A stretch of DNA of 58,689 nt from an uncultured Candidatus Saccharibacteria bacterium (lineage in GTDB: Bacteria > Patescibacteriota > Minisyncoccia > UBA6257 > 1-14-0-10-44-23). Both the position numbers and the translations under genes were made by a program. The stretch lies in the NCBI GenBank assembly GCA_964394435.1, contig CAYMXN010000001.1, forward strand, positions 109,739 through 168,427, in the 5' to 3' direction. The notes beneath the pieces were generated by a model. That model did not search any database. It saw only the letters and a program-made list of their open reading frames with translations, and was not told the origin of the DNA. This document shows, piece after piece, positions 36,180-44,361 of the stretch (position 1 is the stretch's first letter; every line of letters begins with the position of its first letter).

Positions 36180-37121
36180 ATGGAACAGGTTCAATCAAAA
36201 ACCTCGATTCGTGATTTTTTCTTGTATTTGTTTGCGACGGGCGCTCTCTATTTCAGCGCTATTAGCGTTATCTCACTGTTGTGGCAGTATGTTAATCATT
36301 TTTTCCCGGACGCGCTAACGTACTATCCGGATGGACTTAGCTCTTCGATGCGTTGGGCGGTCGCCTCGCTGATTGTTATTTTCCCAGTATATGTATTTGT
36401 GATGCGTTTCTTGAGTAAAGATTTGGATGCGTTTCCGGAAAAGAGAGATTTGAGTATCCGTAAAGCGATGATCTATCTGACGCTTTTTATCGCGGCGATT
36501 ACGATTGTTGTTGACTTGGTTATGTTAGTAAATAACTTTTTAGGAGGTGAGTTCACCGTTCGCTTCTTATTGAAGGCACTTTCGGTTTTGTTTGTCACCG
36601 GTGCTGTATTTGGTTATTACTTGTTTAACTTGAAGCGTGCTCCGGGTACCCAGGCAAAAGCTCGTTCGATGATTGTGTGGGGTTCGCTCGCGTTTGTTCT
36701 CATTGTTATTGCTGGTGCGTTTTCAATTGTTGGTTCGCCAACTACGAATCGTTTGCGTAATTTGGACAACCAGCGCGTTTCTGATCTTCAGACGATTCAG
36801 TGGCAGGTGGTTAACTACTGGCAGCAGAAGCAAAAGCTTCCTATGGATTTAGCTGCTCTGAATGACACTATTTCCGGATTTAAGGCTCCAGTTGATCCAG
36901 AAACCGGTACTGCGTATACGCTTAAGGCGGTTGGTTCCTTCGGCTTCCAGCTCTGTGCTAATTTCGCCCTTGAAAATATCCTTCCAAACACGACTCCGTC
37001 TTCGGTGAAGCCATACTCTGAACCATATGGGTATGTTTCTGAAAATTGGCAGCACAGGGCCGGCAATGTCTGTTTCGAGCGAACCATTGACCCGGATTTG
37101 TATCCACCAGTTAAGCGCTAG
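36180..37121 (+). CDS. Membrane protein (DUF5671-like N-terminal domain)
   Basis: The N-terminal IRDFFLYLFATGALYFSAISVISLLWQYVNHFFPD and a multi-TM region are followed by a soluble C-terminal domain. The family call is tentative. Confidence 0.5.
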   Translation: MEQVQSKTSIRDFFLYLFATGALYFSAISVISLLWQYVNHFFPDALTYYPDGLSSSMRWAVASLIVIFPVYVFVMRFLSKDLDAFPEKRDLSIRKAMIYLTLFIAAITIVVDLVMLVNNFLGGEFTVRFLLKALSVLFVTGAVFGYYLFNLKRAPGTQAKARSMIVWGSLAFVLIVIAGAFSIVGSPTTNRLRNLDNQRVSDLQTIQWQVVNYWQQKQKLPMDLAALNDTISGFKAPVDPETGTAYTLKAVGSFGFQLCANFALENILPNTTPSSVKPYSEPYGYVSENWQHRAGNVCFERTIDPDLYPPVKR

Positions 37122-37130
37122 TTAGAAATC

Positions 37131-37160
37131 AAAATACCGCCCCAAGGGGCGGTATTTTTG
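37131..37160 (+). terminator. Intrinsic terminator
   Basis: aaataccgcccc-aa-ggggcggtattttt. Confidence 0.8.
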
Positions 37161-37219
37161 TTGCGGAAGGGGTGACCCGCCAAGGGCGGGCGGGGATTCT
37201 CATGAACTCACGGTCAGAG

Positions 37220-37304
37220 CGGAAGCGGAAGGATTCGAACCTTCGAGGCCTTGCGGCCTGCCGCATTTCAAGTGCGGTGCGTTCGACCACTCTGCCACGC
37301 TTCC
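37220..37304 (-). tRNA. tRNA-Ser(TGA)
   Basis: Hand fold: acceptor GGAAGCG/CGCTTCC, anticodon arm CGCA-CTTGAAA-TGCG, a long variable arm, and T-loop TTCGAAT. Confidence 0.85.
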
Positions 37305-37477
37305 GCTCTGACAACCAGTTTTCCCATCATAGTGGGATTGCAATTTTTACCTACACCTCTCCGTTACCCTAAACGGCAGCCATTCGTTAGTGGTTGTTGT
37401 CGATGATAGCAGAAAGGTATTTTTTTGTCATCATTATTCTGGGGCTCGCATAGTGATTGTGATATACTTATTTGTAT

Positions 37478-40400
37478 ATGACGCCTGAATCTGATTTGGC
37501 AAATCTTGCTAAGCCTGATTTACCAAAAACTAAAGAAAACCTTGCATCTTTGCCTGCTGATACGCAGGAGCGTCTTAGTCGGCTTGTTGGAGAGTACCAG
37601 AAAGATATTATTGCTGCGCACAGCGAAGGATTGAGTCCGGCTGATTTGCGTATTCGTGATCACGAGATTTTTAAAAAACATATTGGTTCGATTACCGGTT
37701 TATTGCGCGAGGTGTATTCGGGAGTGAGTGAAGACTCGCCAGTTGTTGTGTCTCTTATGGGTACGCACCCTGGTACTATATCTTCTAGTGCTCCCGAAAA
37801 GAAGGCGGTTGAAGCGGGACAAAACGCGGAGTTGGCAGAGAAAAAGGTTCGTTACCCTTCATTTAAGGCTGATCCAGCGATCACTTTTGATGATCTGCAA
37901 AATGATCTTACGAGGCACCCTGCGTTAGTGGATTATGATATCGAGCACGCACTTAGCGCACTTCATGAGGGTAATGCGACCCCGCTACAGAATCTTGCGC
38001 GAAGTGCGGAGATTTTTACTTCAGGGTTGTCTAAAAACATCGATCGTATTGCGGCTGAAAAACGCGCAGGAGCAATTTCTCCTAAAAAACCGATTGTAGT
38101 TGAACGGCCAGCCCCTATTGTTCGTGAGTCTGTTCGTTCGATTGATGAAGTGTATGCCGAATTGGCAATCGCTCCAGGGGTGAGTAAGAAGGTTGATGGG
38201 TATATTCGCGATTGCCAGCAGGAGCACGCTCGTATTGATTATGATATTGCTACTCGGCGACGCGCCGGTGAGTCTGTTTCAAATGATGACCAGCTTGAAT
38301 TACATCGTCGTGCTGTTGAGCGCTATAATGAGCGAATTTTAGGCGTGCTTCGTTCGAGTAATCGACGTATTCTTGCAGTCCCCGATGAGATTGAAAATCT
38401 TTTATTCGTTACTGGTAAGCTCGAAGCCACACCTCAACCTGTTCTTGCGCGTTCATTGTCGGGCGAGGCTCCACCTGAATCAGTTTCTCTAGGAAAGAAG
38501 AGAGCTGCTATGAGTAGGGGTGGTGAAGAAAAGGGTTCTAGTCGGGAAAAAAACAACAAACCAATGCGCGATAAAATAAAAGTTTCAGAAGGTTCTTCAA
38601 AAGCCAGTTCAGCTCCGGTTGAGCAAACTGTGGCTTCTTCAGACGAAAAAGTATTTGAGCGCCCACGTGTTGATGACTTGAAGCTTGATGCGCGCTCCCA
38701 AGCTGAAATTGACGAAATTCGTTCGCAGGCACGCGAGGAGATTGATCGAGTCGGTGCAAATGCAGCACGATTTACTTCTCGAAGAGGTGGACCTTCGCTT
38801 AAGGATGTTCTTGATCATATTCGTGAAAAAAATGCTCGGAAGATTTTACATATTCTTAGTCGTGAGGGGAATACGGCGGAGCTGTTGCCAGAGGCGTGGT
38901 ATCAAGAACTTATTGCTCCGCCTAACGAAAATGCAATTGTCGCTCCTGAACGTCCAAAGCTTTCTGATTTGCGACTCTCAAAAGCACAAAACAATTCTAT
39001 TGAGGAGCTTTTAAAGGAGGCGCGTGAAAATGCATATATGATCGATCGAAAGCCGGATGCTTCACCTGAAGCGAAGGCGGATGAGTTGCAGCGAATGCGT
39101 GATTATTTTGCGGGTCAGGTTATGCGTGTTATTCGGGGTCATAATCCGCAAGTAAATCGCTTGCCGAGTGAGTGGTATAACGCGTTAATGGGTGAGCAGG
39201 AGCCGCCGCGTGCCAAAAAGAAATTTAAAACCGGACCAAGTGGCAAAGTGCTTATTACTCCGAATCCGACTATGACAACGAGTCTTGGTTATCCAGCTAA
39301 TACAGTTGAGATTGTTGATAAGCCGAAGACGGTTGCGGCCGAAAAGGCCAAAGAGCCGGTTATTATAGAGGTAAAGCCGGTTGAGGCTTCGGGTGAGAAG
39401 CGTCCAGAGATTTCAAGTCTTACTCTTTCTAAGAAGCAGCGCGCCGACATTGAGGCGTTGATTAAACAGTCGCGCGAAAATTTGTATTTTATTCGTCGAA
39501 GCGCCGACATTCCTGCGGAGCAGAAAGAGGCTGATATTCGACATTCGCAGGATTATGCAGCGACAGAGATTAAGCGTATTTTACGTGTTCATAACGAAAA
39601 TGTAGATTTGCTTCCGCAGGAGTGGTATGACGCGTTGATGGGTGAGCAGGCGCCAGAGGGTGCTGTTTCGACTGCTGCACCAGCTACGCCTGAAGTCGTT
39701 AAGCCAGCTGCTCCGGAGGCTACGAAAAAGCCAGAGGTAGCTCCTAAGATTGAATTGACGATTGAGCAACAGATCGCAAAACTTGAAGCAGAAAAGGTTC
39801 GCGTATTGGCACGCATGGAGGAGGTTGGTCACCAGCAACACGCTGATGAGGGTGATTTGCGTAGTTCGCTCAAATTAAAAGCCCGAGAGTTTGATGAGCG
39901 ACTTGCTGCTTTACGTAAGCAGCTGCCAGTTGTTGAGGCGACTCCAATTTCGAAGCCTATTGAGGGTGGTGATAATGAGCTTTCGTCTGCAGAGCGCGTA
40001 GGTATGCGTATGCCGGAGTCTCGCGCTGCTATTCGCGCGAGCCAACAAATTGAGAGTTCGATTACGAGCGTTAGCGAGCAACAGATTGACGCGATGCTTA
40101 ACAATGTTGGCTTTATGGATTTCTTAAATAGCAGAGCAACCCGTAGGGATGCTGCTGGTGCTTTAGTGTATCCAGAAATCAGCGCGATTATTGGTAATCC
40201 GCAGCAGGCTGACTGGGTTCGCGCGGCACAGATTTTTGATGGATATACCGCGATGTTTGAAGCCGGTCCAGCGATTAAGCTTGCGTACCAGGAGAAGTTT
40301 AAGAAAGACACTGGTCTTGAGATGAGCGATGAGGACTTTGAGTCGGTTGATGCGTATCTGGCTTCAGAAGCGATTAAAAATCCAGGACGTGTACGATATT

Positions 40401-41332
40401 TTGCCGAGGAGACTAAGCTATTTGTTGGTTTGCCGAAGGTGATCGCGACGCGCGAGGCTGATTTAGCTAAGCTTGGTAATTTTGATGAGCTTAGCCGTCG
40501 CTTACAGCTGCTTGAGATGGCGAAGCGTACCCATTCACTTATGGAGCGTTTGGCCGGCGTAATTGGCAGTGGTATTGATGTGTATGCGTATGCCGAGCAC
40601 GAACTTAGAGAGAAGCACAAGGTTGATGTTCGCTCTGAATACTCTAACAAGTTTTTGAGATTTATTTTGCCACGATTTTCGAAGTGGAAGTATAACGCTG
40701 AATTTAGAAAAGCTAGCGAAACTCTTTCGAAGGTAAGCAGTGCGCAAGAGCAGCTTGCGAAATTAAAAGAGAGTCGCGATAAAGTCGTCACAATGGTCTT
40801 TAGTGATGGATTTTTCCCAATGCAGGCTGTTCAGCAAAAGATGCGCGAGCGTGTTGCGGCTGAACTCAAGCGTCTTTCTGGGTATGATCAGGCGACTGGT
40901 GCTGATAAAGCTTTTGATTTTTCTCTTGATGCGACTAACGTTCCTCAACAAGACTTGGCAGCGCTTGAAAACGCGCAAGCATACTTTGACCGTGTGCGCG
41001 AGGCGAGTGCACAGCCAGGTTTTGCGTATGATGCGACGATTGAGGCTGATTATCAGCAGCGTCTTGATCGTGCCTTTGATCGCCGGGCGCACTTTGAAAT
41101 TGGCGAGCTCATTAAGGGTGTTTCGCTTGGAGCTACTCCGCTAGCTGATCTTGAAAAAGCCCTTGAGCCATTCTTGAAAACACCTCGCTTCTTTGGAACC
41201 CGTCGTAATGAGGCGGCTCGTGCCTTTATCAAAGAGAGCTTAAAGGCTCGACTAGCTGATAGTAAGCTTGATGTACGCAAGAAGATGCTTTTGTCGCGCA
41301 TCTATGAGCGATTTAATACCGCTAACGCCTAA
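37478..41332 (+). CDS. Giant charged alpha-helical repeat protein (~1284 aa), no signal peptide
   Basis: Long uninterrupted frame that is E/K/R/A-rich. Three tandem ~85-90-aa modules each end in LP.EWY.AL(M/I). An ATG at 37478 follows the in-frame TTG at 37472. Confidence 0.75.
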   Translation: MTPESDLANLAKPDLPKTKENLASLPADTQERLSRLVGEYQKDIIAAHSEGLSPADLRIRDHEIFKKHIGSITGLLREVYSGVSEDSPVVVSLMGTHPGTISSSAPEKKAVEAGQNAELAEKKVRYPSFKADPAITFDDLQNDLTRHPALVDYDIEHALSALHEGNATPLQNLARSAEIFTSGLSKNIDRIAAEKRAGAISPKKPIVVERPAPIVRESVRSIDEVYAELAIAPGVSKKVDGYIRDCQQEHARIDYDIATRRRAGESVSNDDQLELHRRAVERYNERILGVLRSSNRRILAVPDEIENLLFVTGKLEATPQPVLARSLSGEAPPESVSLGKKRAAMSRGGEEKGSSREKNNKPMRDKIKVSEGSSKASSAPVEQTVASSDEKVFERPRVDDLKLDARSQAEIDEIRSQAREEIDRVGANAARFTSRRGGPSLKDVLDHIREKNARKILHILSREGNTAELLPEAWYQELIAPPNENAIVAPERPKLSDLRLSKAQNNSIEELLKEARENAYMIDRKPDASPEAKADELQRMRDYFAGQVMRVIRGHNPQVNRLPSEWYNALMGEQEPPRAKKKFKTGPSGKVLITPNPTMTTSLGYPANTVEIVDKPKTVAAEKAKEPVIIEVKPVEASGEKRPEISSLTLSKKQRADIEALIKQSRENLYFIRRSADIPAEQKEADIRHSQDYAATEIKRILRVHNENVDLLPQEWYDALMGEQAPEGAVSTAAPATPEVVKPAAPEATKKPEVAPKIELTIEQQIAKLEAEKVRVLARMEEVGHQQHADEGDLRSSLKLKAREFDERLAALRKQLPVVEATPISKPIEGGDNELSSAERVGMRMPESRAAIRASQQIESSITSVSEQQIDAMLNNVGFMDFLNSRATRRDAAGALVYPEISAIIGNPQQADWVRAAQIFDGYTAMFEAGPAIKLAYQEKFKKDTGLEMSDEDFESVDAYLASEAIKNPGRVRYFAEETKLFVGLPKVIATREADLAKLGNFDELSRRLQLLEMAKRTHSLMERLAGVIGSGIDVYAYAEHELREKHKVDVRSEYSNKFLRFILPRFSKWKYNAEFRKASETLSKVSSAQEQLAKLKESRDKVVTMVFSDGFFPMQAVQQKMRERVAAELKRLSGYDQATGADKAFDFSLDATNVPQQDLAALENAQAYFDRVREASAQPGFAYDATIEADYQQRLDRAFDRRAHFEIGELIKGVSLGATPLADLEKALEPFLKTPRFFGTRRNEAARAFIKESLKARLADSKLDVRKKMLLSRIYERFNTANA

Positions 41333-41337
41333 CTTCT

Positions 41338-41616
41338 ATGACAAATAATCTTGAAATGAAAAAGCTCGAGCAGTTAATTAAGGAGCAACGCTTTGAAGAG
41401 GCGAAAGCGATTTTAGATGCATTTTTTGCCAAGGAGTGGACGAAGGAAGAAAAGGGTGAGATGTATGTTCAGCTTATGATGATGTATATGCAAATTACTA
41501 ATCGGTTAAACGAGGAGTATTTACAGACGCTGGATGAGACGATTGCCACGATTAAAGAAATTAACACTTCGTATGACGCGGCGGTTGCGAAAGTTAAGAC
41601 TAAGAGCGCTCGCTAG
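41338..41616 (+). CDS. Small helical hypothetical protein, 5 nt downstream of the giant gene
   Basis: 92 aa, predicted all-helical. The tight spacing suggests co-transcription. Confidence 0.5.
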   Translation: MTNNLEMKKLEQLIKEQRFEEAKAILDAFFAKEWTKEEKGEMYVQLMMMYMQITNRLNEEYLQTLDETIATIKEINTSYDAAVAKVKTKSAR

Positions 41617-41999
41617 TTTGTTTTTGTTAACACAATCGAAATCGATTCTGTTGTGCTTGCGTTTAGGCGAACTTCTCGCGGGACATCGCTGCTCGTCGCA
41701 TTTTCTAATTTTGCATCGAGGACGTATGTTGCTGGTGGGAGTGTAAGTGCGTAATGCCCAGTAGTATCTGGAGCTGTTTTTGCGACAATTACTTTTCCAC
41801 CAAAACGATAGGCAACTATTTCGACGTTGTTTATATTACAAATACTGACAGGGCAGTTTGATTTAAATTTGACTATTCCCTCGATTACTCCCGGAGCTTT
41901 TGGTGTTGGCTTAAGAAAGGCGATAAGACAGATAAGAATTACAATCACCGAAGGCATTATCCATTTTACAAGAGTCAAAAGGAAGCGGTTTTCGTTCAT
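41613..41999 (-). CDS. Membrane-anchored protein with a carboxypeptidase-regulatory-like beta-sandwich
   Basis: N-terminal TM helix. GVIEGIVKF...TGHYALTLPPATYVL resembles the CarboxypepD_reg/Big-like fold. Confidence 0.45.
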   Translation of the reverse strand: MNENRFLLTLVKWIMPSVIVILICLIAFLKPTPKAPGVIEGIVKFKSNCPVSICNINNVEIVAYRFGGKVIVAKTAPDTTGHYALTLPPATYVLDAKLENATSSDVPREVRLNASTTESISIVLTKTN

Positions 42000-42021
42000 A
42001 GGAAGCTATTCTATCAGAGTC

Positions 42022-42930
42022 TTAAGTAAATTCAACGATTACTGCGGTCATATCGTCATCTTTGGCGCGAATGTTTTTAGACGGGTCTTCTTGGCTGCGT
42101 TCATTAGCTGCACGGACAAGCCAGCTACTTAACTCCTGCGGATTTTTTTGCATCTTAAGGACATCGGCTATTTCGTTGATAGTCAGATTGTCGTGGATAC
42201 CATCGCTACAGATAAGTATCTTGTCTCCGGCTTTTAGTTCAACTATTCCCATTTTTCGCTGGTCATTTGTGTCGAGTCCGTCTTCGAGGCTGCTAGTGAT
42301 AATGTTTCGTCGATTGAAAGCTATTTGAGTTAGTGAGTCGAGCGCTTCGTACTCCTCCTTTGTTGTGATCGTGTCGAGTTTTTTGTTTATCTCTTCCCGC
42401 TCCGTGTTTTCTGTTGATAGGGTGTCGACGATATTATCATCGTAGGTTATCTGCATTAATCGTCCGCCACGAATAATGTAGGCCCGGCTATCTCCGAGAT
42501 TGGCGACAAGGGCTTTGGTTTTTCCCTCTGGTGTTTTCCAGGTTTTGATAATCGTGGCTGTAGTGGCGCCCTCGGGTAATCCAGCAGCACCAATTTGCGA
42601 CCATACCTTGATGCGTGCAGCGGTTACGGCTTCTACCATTCGTTCGCGCAGTGCGTGTTCGTCTCGGACATCCGAACCTTTATTACTATGGCCAGTTGCG
42701 GCGTAATATGAGGCGATTTCTTGAGCTGCGCTGCTCGAGGCTATTGCACCACCTTCTTCGCCTCCTACGCCGTCGAATACGCCAAATAGGCCCATTTCTG
42801 GACGGTTTATATTCGAATCTTCGTTCTCACCATTGTGTGATCTTGCGCTTCGGGTGGTAACGCCTGACTCCCATTTAAGATATTCATGCCGTTCGGGCGA
42901 GCCACTATCAAGTGCTGACTTTTCGTTCAT
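42022..42930 (-). CDS. PP2C-family serine/threonine protein phosphatase
   Basis: Motifs NGENEDS, GVFDGVGG and LICSDGIHDNL, with a C-terminal DDMTAV. Confidence 0.85.
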   Translation of the reverse strand: MNEKSALDSGSPERHEYLKWESGVTTRSARSHNGENEDSNINRPEMGLFGVFDGVGGEEGGAIASSSAAQEIASYYAATGHSNKGSDVRDEHALRERMVEAVTAARIKVWSQIGAAGLPEGATTATIIKTWKTPEGKTKALVANLGDSRAYIIRGGRLMQITYDDNIVDTLSTENTEREEINKKLDTITTKEEYEALDSLTQIAFNRRNIITSSLEDGLDTNDQRKMGIVELKAGDKILICSDGIHDNLTINEIADVLKMQKNPQELSSWLVRAANERSQEDPSKNIRAKDDDMTAVIVEFT

Positions 42931-42996
42931 GCATTTAGTATATCACTTTTGACATACCTTATTCACAGTAAGCCGCAGTTATCTTGTTTTAAAATG

Positions 42997-43078
42997 TGCT
43001 CGGGGAGAGAGTCGAACTCTCATGCCTTGCGGCGCTCCCTCTTGAGGGGAGTGTGTCTGCCAGTTCCACCACCCGAGC
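42997..43078 (-). tRNA. tRNA-Leu(CAA)
   Basis: Hand fold: acceptor GCTCGGG/CCCGAGC, anticodon arm CTCCC-CTCAAGA-GGGAG, a long variable arm, and T-arm GAGAG-TTCGACT-CTCTC. Confidence 0.85.
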
Positions 43079-43115
43079 TACGGGTGATGCGTCTAATTTT
43101 GTTTATTGCTTTGTT

Positions 43116-43186
43116 GCCTTCGCTCGCAGGACAGAGTAGTCCAGCTCGCTCTTGCGCCTCGCACTAAACGAAATTATATCGCATCC
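43116..43186. repeat. Direct repeat copy 1 (71 nt), repeat-family member E4a
   Basis: Identical to 43253-43323 except for one position (43182 c versus 43319 t). It carries the family blocks ccttcgct and cttgcgcctcgcac. Confidence 0.9.
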
Positions 43187-43252
43187 ATGCCTTTCTTTTG
43201 CTATGCGTTAAAGAATCCTGCAACGCATCTCTCGTTTATCGATTTTTTTACC

Positions 43253-43323
43253 GCCTTCGCTCGCAGGACAGAGTAGTCCAGCTCGCTCTTGCGCCTCGCA
43301 CTAAACGAAATTATATCGTATCC
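43253..43323. repeat. Direct repeat copy 2 (71 nt), repeat-family member E4b
   Basis: See copy 1. The 137-bp period and more weakly similar ~30-nt left flanks suggest a 2x tandem unit. Confidence 0.9.
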
Positions 43324-43402
43324 TTCCTGCCCATACATCACTAACTGCCTACTGATTACTACATTAAAGCGGAAAGTTGTGATAAAATCAATTCATACTT
43401 TT

Positions 43403-44314
43403 ATGGATCTCACACGAAGCTCTGCCGAGCCTCAAATCCAAGAGCCGGTTTTCTTGATTGAGGTTGAGAAGATTAGCCCGAACCCGTATCAGCCACGTCG
43501 CGTTTTTGATGACGAGCAACTCCAAGAGTTGGCTGGTTCGATTCGCGATTATGGTATTTTGCAGCCACTTGTTGTAACGAAAATTGAAGAACCAACCGAG
43601 TTTGGTACCAGTGTTCGCTATGAGCTTATTGCAGGTGAGCGCCGTTTTCGCGCGGCGAAGATTGCCGGGCTTGAGCGCGTGCCAGCAGTGGTAAAAAATG
43701 TAGGTCTTGATCGAGAGCGTTTAGAGCTGGCAATTATTGAAAACGTTCAGCGTGCGAATTTAAACCCTATCGAGTCTGCGCGTGCGTATAACCGCTTACA
43801 GGATGAGTTTAAGCTAACTCAACGGGAGATTGCTCAAAAGATTGGAAAGAGTCGCGAGGTAATTGCTAATACGATGCGTTTGTTGAATCTCCCTGCGAAT
43901 ATGCAGGAGGCTGTTTCTAATGGTCAGTTGAGCGAAAGTCAGGCGCGTCTATTGCTTTCGATTGATGACGTTGGCCAGCAGCAGGTCTTTTTTGAAGAAA
44001 TCACACGTAATAACTTAAGTGTTCGTGATCTGAAGAATAAAATTGATTACTTTAAAACGACCCGAGCCGCGAAAGAGCGTCCACCGCTTCCGTTGACTGC
44101 AGATCCTGAAGGTGCCGCACTTCAGCGTGCGCTGGAAGAGTTTTTGGGTGCGCAAGTTAAGCTTGAGCGTTCGGGAGCGACTGGAAAGATTACGATTGAG
44201 TTTTACTCTCCTGAAGAGCTTCAAGCGATTATTGGGAAGATGACCAAGAAAGATGCTGGACCGGCTACCTTACAAGCGCCAAGCGACGAGTTGCCTCCAG
44301 GGTTTTCGATTTAA
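43403..44314 (+). CDS. parB: ParB/Spo0J chromosome partitioning protein
   Basis: ParB box IAGERRFRAAK and an HTH region LTQREIAQKIGKSREVIANTMRLL. ATG 43403 is preferred over the longer track ORF. Confidence 0.9.
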   Translation: MDLTRSSAEPQIQEPVFLIEVEKISPNPYQPRRVFDDEQLQELAGSIRDYGILQPLVVTKIEEPTEFGTSVRYELIAGERRFRAAKIAGLERVPAVVKNVGLDRERLELAIIENVQRANLNPIESARAYNRLQDEFKLTQREIAQKIGKSREVIANTMRLLNLPANMQEAVSNGQLSESQARLLLSIDDVGQQQVFFEEITRNNLSVRDLKNKIDYFKTTRAAKERPPLPLTADPEGAALQRALEEFLGAQVKLERSGATGKITIEFYSPEELQAIIGKMTKKDAGPATLQAPSDELPPGFSI

Positions 44315-44326
44315 CGTGCTGTACAT

Positions 44327-44358
44327 AAAACCGCTCGCCAACTGGCGAGCGGTTTTTG
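44327..44358. terminator. Bidirectional terminator between parB and topA
   Basis: aaaaccgctcgcc-aact-ggcgagcggtttt. Confidence 0.8.
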
Positions 44359-44361
44359 TTT

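Noticed and set aside
21937-41332. Both giant ORFs are listed as exactly 1286 aa (3861 nt) in the track.
   Set aside because: This is coincidence. The two sequences are unrelated in composition and motif content, and the second probably starts 2 codons later at ATG 37478.
43116-43323. A CRISPR-like array.
   Set aside because: There are only two repeat copies, the repeats are 71 nt long with a ~66-nt spacer, there are no cas genes, and the repeats belong to the dispersed palindromic family.
43079-43402. oriC or parS next to parB.
   Set aside because: I could not find TTATCCACA-type DnaA boxes or a TGTTTCACGTGAAACA-like parS palindrome by eye. dnaA, dnaN and parA are not adjacent.
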